64,000 nt of DNA, from the NCBI GenBank assembly GCA_031285625.1, contig JAITVV010000007.1, positions 128,893 through 192,892 on the forward strand. Reading direction: 5' to 3'. Position 1 is the first letter of the stretch, and every line of letters starts with the position of its first letter. This stretch comes from Prevotella sp. GTDB taxonomy: Bacteria > Bacteroidota > Bacteroidia > Bacteroidales > Dysgonomonadaceae. A model generated the notes under the pieces. It saw only the letters and a list, made by a program, of their open reading frames with translations. It did no database searches and was not told the DNA's origin. Positions 61,053 through 64,000 of the stretch are shown piece after piece. The position numbers were made by a program, and so were the translations under genes.

Positions 61053-62489
61053 CTATAATGTTCTTATAGTAACTGATTGCCTTATTTGTGGTGTGACCTG
61101 AAATACTCGCTTTTGTAAACCATCCCAAGCCTCGATTGTAATCCTATTGTCATTTTTATTATTTATATATTTTTCAAAGTTATAGAGGTATGAAAACTGA
61201 GTCAGATAATTTGGTTTATTAAATTCCTTGGCTACATCAGAATAATACCCTGCACTCCAAAACATACAATCAGGGAAACCCTCTGCATTAGTAAAACGTG
61301 TAGTCTGATCCCTGAATAGCATTGTGTCATCTATAAATATTTTGTAGCCGGCAGATAGATTATCCTTATTACGCTCAAATTTCTTATTATTGATCTTTTC
61401 TATAATATAACCTGCTCTCAACCCCGCAATATAAGCAGGAGAGTTAAGATCAATATCTTTGATATGGCCAAGATCATCAGCATCATAATAGAGTCCGGTA
61501 TAATTATATTTGTTTATCTCTACAATATATTGAGCTTCTCTCTTTTTATTAGAATAAGGAAACTGTTTTAGCATTAAGGGAGTATGAAATTTCACATAGT
61601 CTTCCAAAGAATACTTGGCAGAAAGGTAATCCTTGATATTACAGTCCCATATCTGGGTCAGTTTGGTTTCATCTATGTACTTACGGTCATAGAAACTAAA
61701 CCCATACTCTACAATATATTGAGCTGCCGATTCCACTTTCGGATCCTTTACATTAAAGATTGGCAACGACACAAGTTGTTGTTTTTCACAATCATATCTG
61801 ACCGAAACTGGAGTATAGTTAGGATTATTTAATCCTGTATATTTAGGGTTTGGAGAGTAGCTATAATAAGCCTGTACAACAATATCGGGATCGGATGTAT
61901 CACGTACCAAACCTTTCGATTTAAGATCTTTTTCTAGTAATGCTGTAATATGCTTATCAATAGACGGAACATTCTTACCAGCTTCATAAAAATCATATGT
62001 GTGATAATCTGTAAAATCAACTTCCTCATTTGTATCTACAAACAAAGGCAATGTAAATATCTGCTGGTTTGTATTTTCTAAACTATAAAATGAATATATC
62101 TCGGATAATTGCTTTTCACTGATAGAATTAACAGCTATACATTTACGCACCAAAGGATATTCCTTAAAATAAGTATTCATATTGCGGATGGTAAACTTTA
62201 CTTCCGGGTCATACTTATCATCAAACAGCCAACTGGCAATAGTCTGGTTATCCCTCAAATAGGTAGCCTGCCCGTTGATCTCCATTATTATATCATCAAT
62301 TTTTATTCCTGATTTCTCCGCAGGCGAATTAGGCTCTACTCCTGTTATCACGAGCTCACCATAGCCCCAGTTGGGATTTTTGCTAACCTCAAATGTAATT
62401 CCATAATAGCAGTTTTTCTCATAATTCTGAGAGTTAGCATGAAAAGTAAACGATAATAAGATAAGGAGAGAGAGAAGTATTTTATTCAT
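61053..62489 (-). CDS. Exported PDZ + DUF4136-like protein
   Basis: Signal peptide (ATG 62489); two PDZ-like segments (VEPNSPAEKSGIKIDDIIMEING; NSPAYIAGLRAGYIIEKIN) flanking DFTDYHTYDF...KGL...PD. Confidence 0.7.
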   Translation of the reverse strand: MNKILLSLLILLSFTFHANSQNYEKNCYYGITFEVSKNPNWGYGELVITGVEPNSPAEKSGIKIDDIIMEINGQATYLRDNQTIASWLFDDKYDPEVKFTIRNMNTYFKEYPLVRKCIAVNSISEKQLSEIYSFYSLENTNQQIFTLPLFVDTNEEVDFTDYHTYDFYEAGKNVPSIDKHITALLEKDLKSKGLVRDTSDPDIVVQAYYSYSPNPKYTGLNNPNYTPVSVRYDCEKQQLVSLPIFNVKDPKVESAAQYIVEYGFSFYDRKYIDETKLTQIWDCNIKDYLSAKYSLEDYVKFHTPLMLKQFPYSNKKREAQYIVEINKYNYTGLYYDADDLGHIKDIDLNSPAYIAGLRAGYIIEKINNKKFERNKDNLSAGYKIFIDDTMLFRDQTTRFTNAEGFPDCMFWSAGYYSDVAKEFNKPNYLTQFSYLYNFEKYINNKNDNRITIEAWDGLQKRVFQVTPQIRQSVTIRTL

Positions 62490-62562
62490 GACATGTGTAT
62501 GTTCAATTTCAGAGCACAAAGATAAAATTATTAGATTAAATGTGTATACCTTGTATCAGAAA

Positions 62563-62590
62563 AATAGCATAGCCGAAAAGCCATGCTATT
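62563..62590 (-). terminator. Intrinsic terminator
   Basis: AATAGCATAGC...GCCATGCTATT stem downstream of the kinase gene. Confidence 0.6.
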
Positions 62591-62613
62591 CATCTAAATA
62601 AGTGCATTTATTA

Positions 62614-63702
62614 TTATTTTATTGCTTTATCTACAATGGCGCACATTTCATTATAGTTTTCTTCCATAGATTGAAGCAACTTATACTGAGCACGTGTACG
62701 CACCAGATTGTGAGTTTCATTTTTCACTTTATAATAATTGTCACCATCAATGTAATCCATCAGGAATCGAAGTACTTGCTCAAATGTGATGTATTTTGCA
62801 GAAAATGCCAGATTATCAATTTCAGTCCGAGTCAAAAAGCTTTTTGTCTCCGAAAGATATCCTGATGTATAGCCCGCAAATATATCCATCTTGATATACA
62901 CATTATCCAGATTTACATCATCTTCTTTTCCTGCATTCGTATACGAACGGATAGCATCGCCATAATCATTAAGGCATGTACTGCTCAACACTGTATCCAG
63001 ATCTATAACACAAAGAACATTACCCTGCTTATCAAACAGTATATTGCTTATTTTCGTATCATTATGAGTTACACGCGTAGGAATCTCCCCCGTTTCCACT
63101 TTAGACCAAAAATCAAGCATTTCTTTACGACGGCTTTCTATCCAGCTAATTTCTTCTTGCACTTGGGCTTTTCTTCCCACAGGATCTTTCTTCAAGACAT
63201 CATCCCACTGCTGAAAACGGAAGCGCATATTGTGAAAGCCAGGAAGAATATCAGCCAGAGGTTCTGTCATATCCGATAACATTGCCTGAAATTTACCAAT
63301 ACCTTTGCCTCCCTGTGCCGCAAGTTCAGGTGAATCTGCATATTCATAAGTGATAGTATCTTCTATGAAAAGACAGGCTGCCCAATATTCATTTTCTTCA
63401 TCTTTGTAGCATAGTTTACCGTCCAGGGTAGGCGTTACAGTAAGTGCCTCACGAAGCGGATCGCCTCCCTGTTCTATGATTTTCCCTTTCAGATGGTTAG
63501 TTACTCTATAGATATTATCCATCATAGCAGGAATATCCTTAAAAATGTTCTTATTCTTCCTTTGCAGGATATAATTAGGACTGCCAGCGTCTGTTTCTAC
63601 AAAGAATGTGTCGTTGATTAGACCTTCTCCCAATGGGCGGATTTCCTTGATTGCTCCCTCAAAAGCGAAGATTTTGCCAATTTTGGCTAGTGTTTCTTTC
63701 AT
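62614..63702 (-). CDS. APH/choline-kinase-fold phosphotransferase (N-acetylhexosamine 1-kinase-like)
   Basis: GEGLINDTF, YILQR, RVTHNDTKISN, VIDLDT, DYGD, RFLMDYIDGD.Y. Confidence 0.85.
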   Translation of the reverse strand: MKETLAKIGKIFAFEGAIKEIRPLGEGLINDTFFVETDAGSPNYILQRKNKNIFKDIPAMMDNIYRVTNHLKGKIIEQGGDPLREALTVTPTLDGKLCYKDEENEYWAACLFIEDTITYEYADSPELAAQGGKGIGKFQAMLSDMTEPLADILPGFHNMRFRFQQWDDVLKKDPVGRKAQVQEEISWIESRRKEMLDFWSKVETGEIPTRVTHNDTKISNILFDKQGNVLCVIDLDTVLSSTCLNDYGDAIRSYTNAGKEDDVNLDNVYIKMDIFAGYTSGYLSETKSFLTRTEIDNLAFSAKYITFEQVLRFLMDYIDGDNYYKVKNETHNLVRTRAQYKLLQSMEENYNEMCAIVDKAIK

Positions 63703-64000
63703 GTTGTTTTATATGGTTAATTAGTAATAGACAATTATTTAAGGAATACAAAAATAAGGAATTCCTTTCACTCATAAATCTTAAAATAGAATAAAACAAA
63801 AGCTGACACATGGTAAACGAAATTAATGTTATTTTTGTACTCTTAATACAATCTTGATTAAGATAAATAATCAATCTTTATACTAAAAAAGTTCCTATGT
63901 TTAAAATCGGAAGCGATGGATAGATAGCAAAAATATAAGCTATAAGTTTTAGTTAATTTTGGTAATGGAGATTACTTACTTATTAACTTGAAACAATATA

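Overview
AT-rich chromosomal window from a Bacteroidota bacterium, Dysgonomonas-like by gene content (inference). TAnnTTTG promoter boxes precede many genes. In order it holds: a LacI-controlled fucI/DUF6786/GH116/fucP sugar locus, a DEAD-box helicase, nikR with a TonB-dependent receptor, a Ntox23-like toxin/lipoprotein pair, a SPFH/Zn-ribbon plus speD-DUF4178-DUF350-speE membrane-polyamine cluster, DUF7003, DUF349 and PorW/SprE-like genes, a complete group 1d-type [NiFe]-hydrogenase with hypABCDEF, and housekeeping genes (rsgA paralog, alaS, mnmA, pyrE, argH, serB, ABC-F). The best candidate for an undescribed system is a self-contained three-gene operon at 22181-24912. It encodes two different, highly divergent Ku-like proteins and an ATP-dependent DNA ligase with a WGR-like C-terminal domain, suggesting a heterodimeric-Ku end-joining module. 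Non-coding signals include a composite repeat found three times, each time upstream of a nickel gene, a candidate NikR operator, a leader peptide/attenuator before rsgA, and structured ncRNA candidates. I saw no rRNA, tRNA, CRISPR array or transposase. All family calls come from motif recognition by eye, not database searches.
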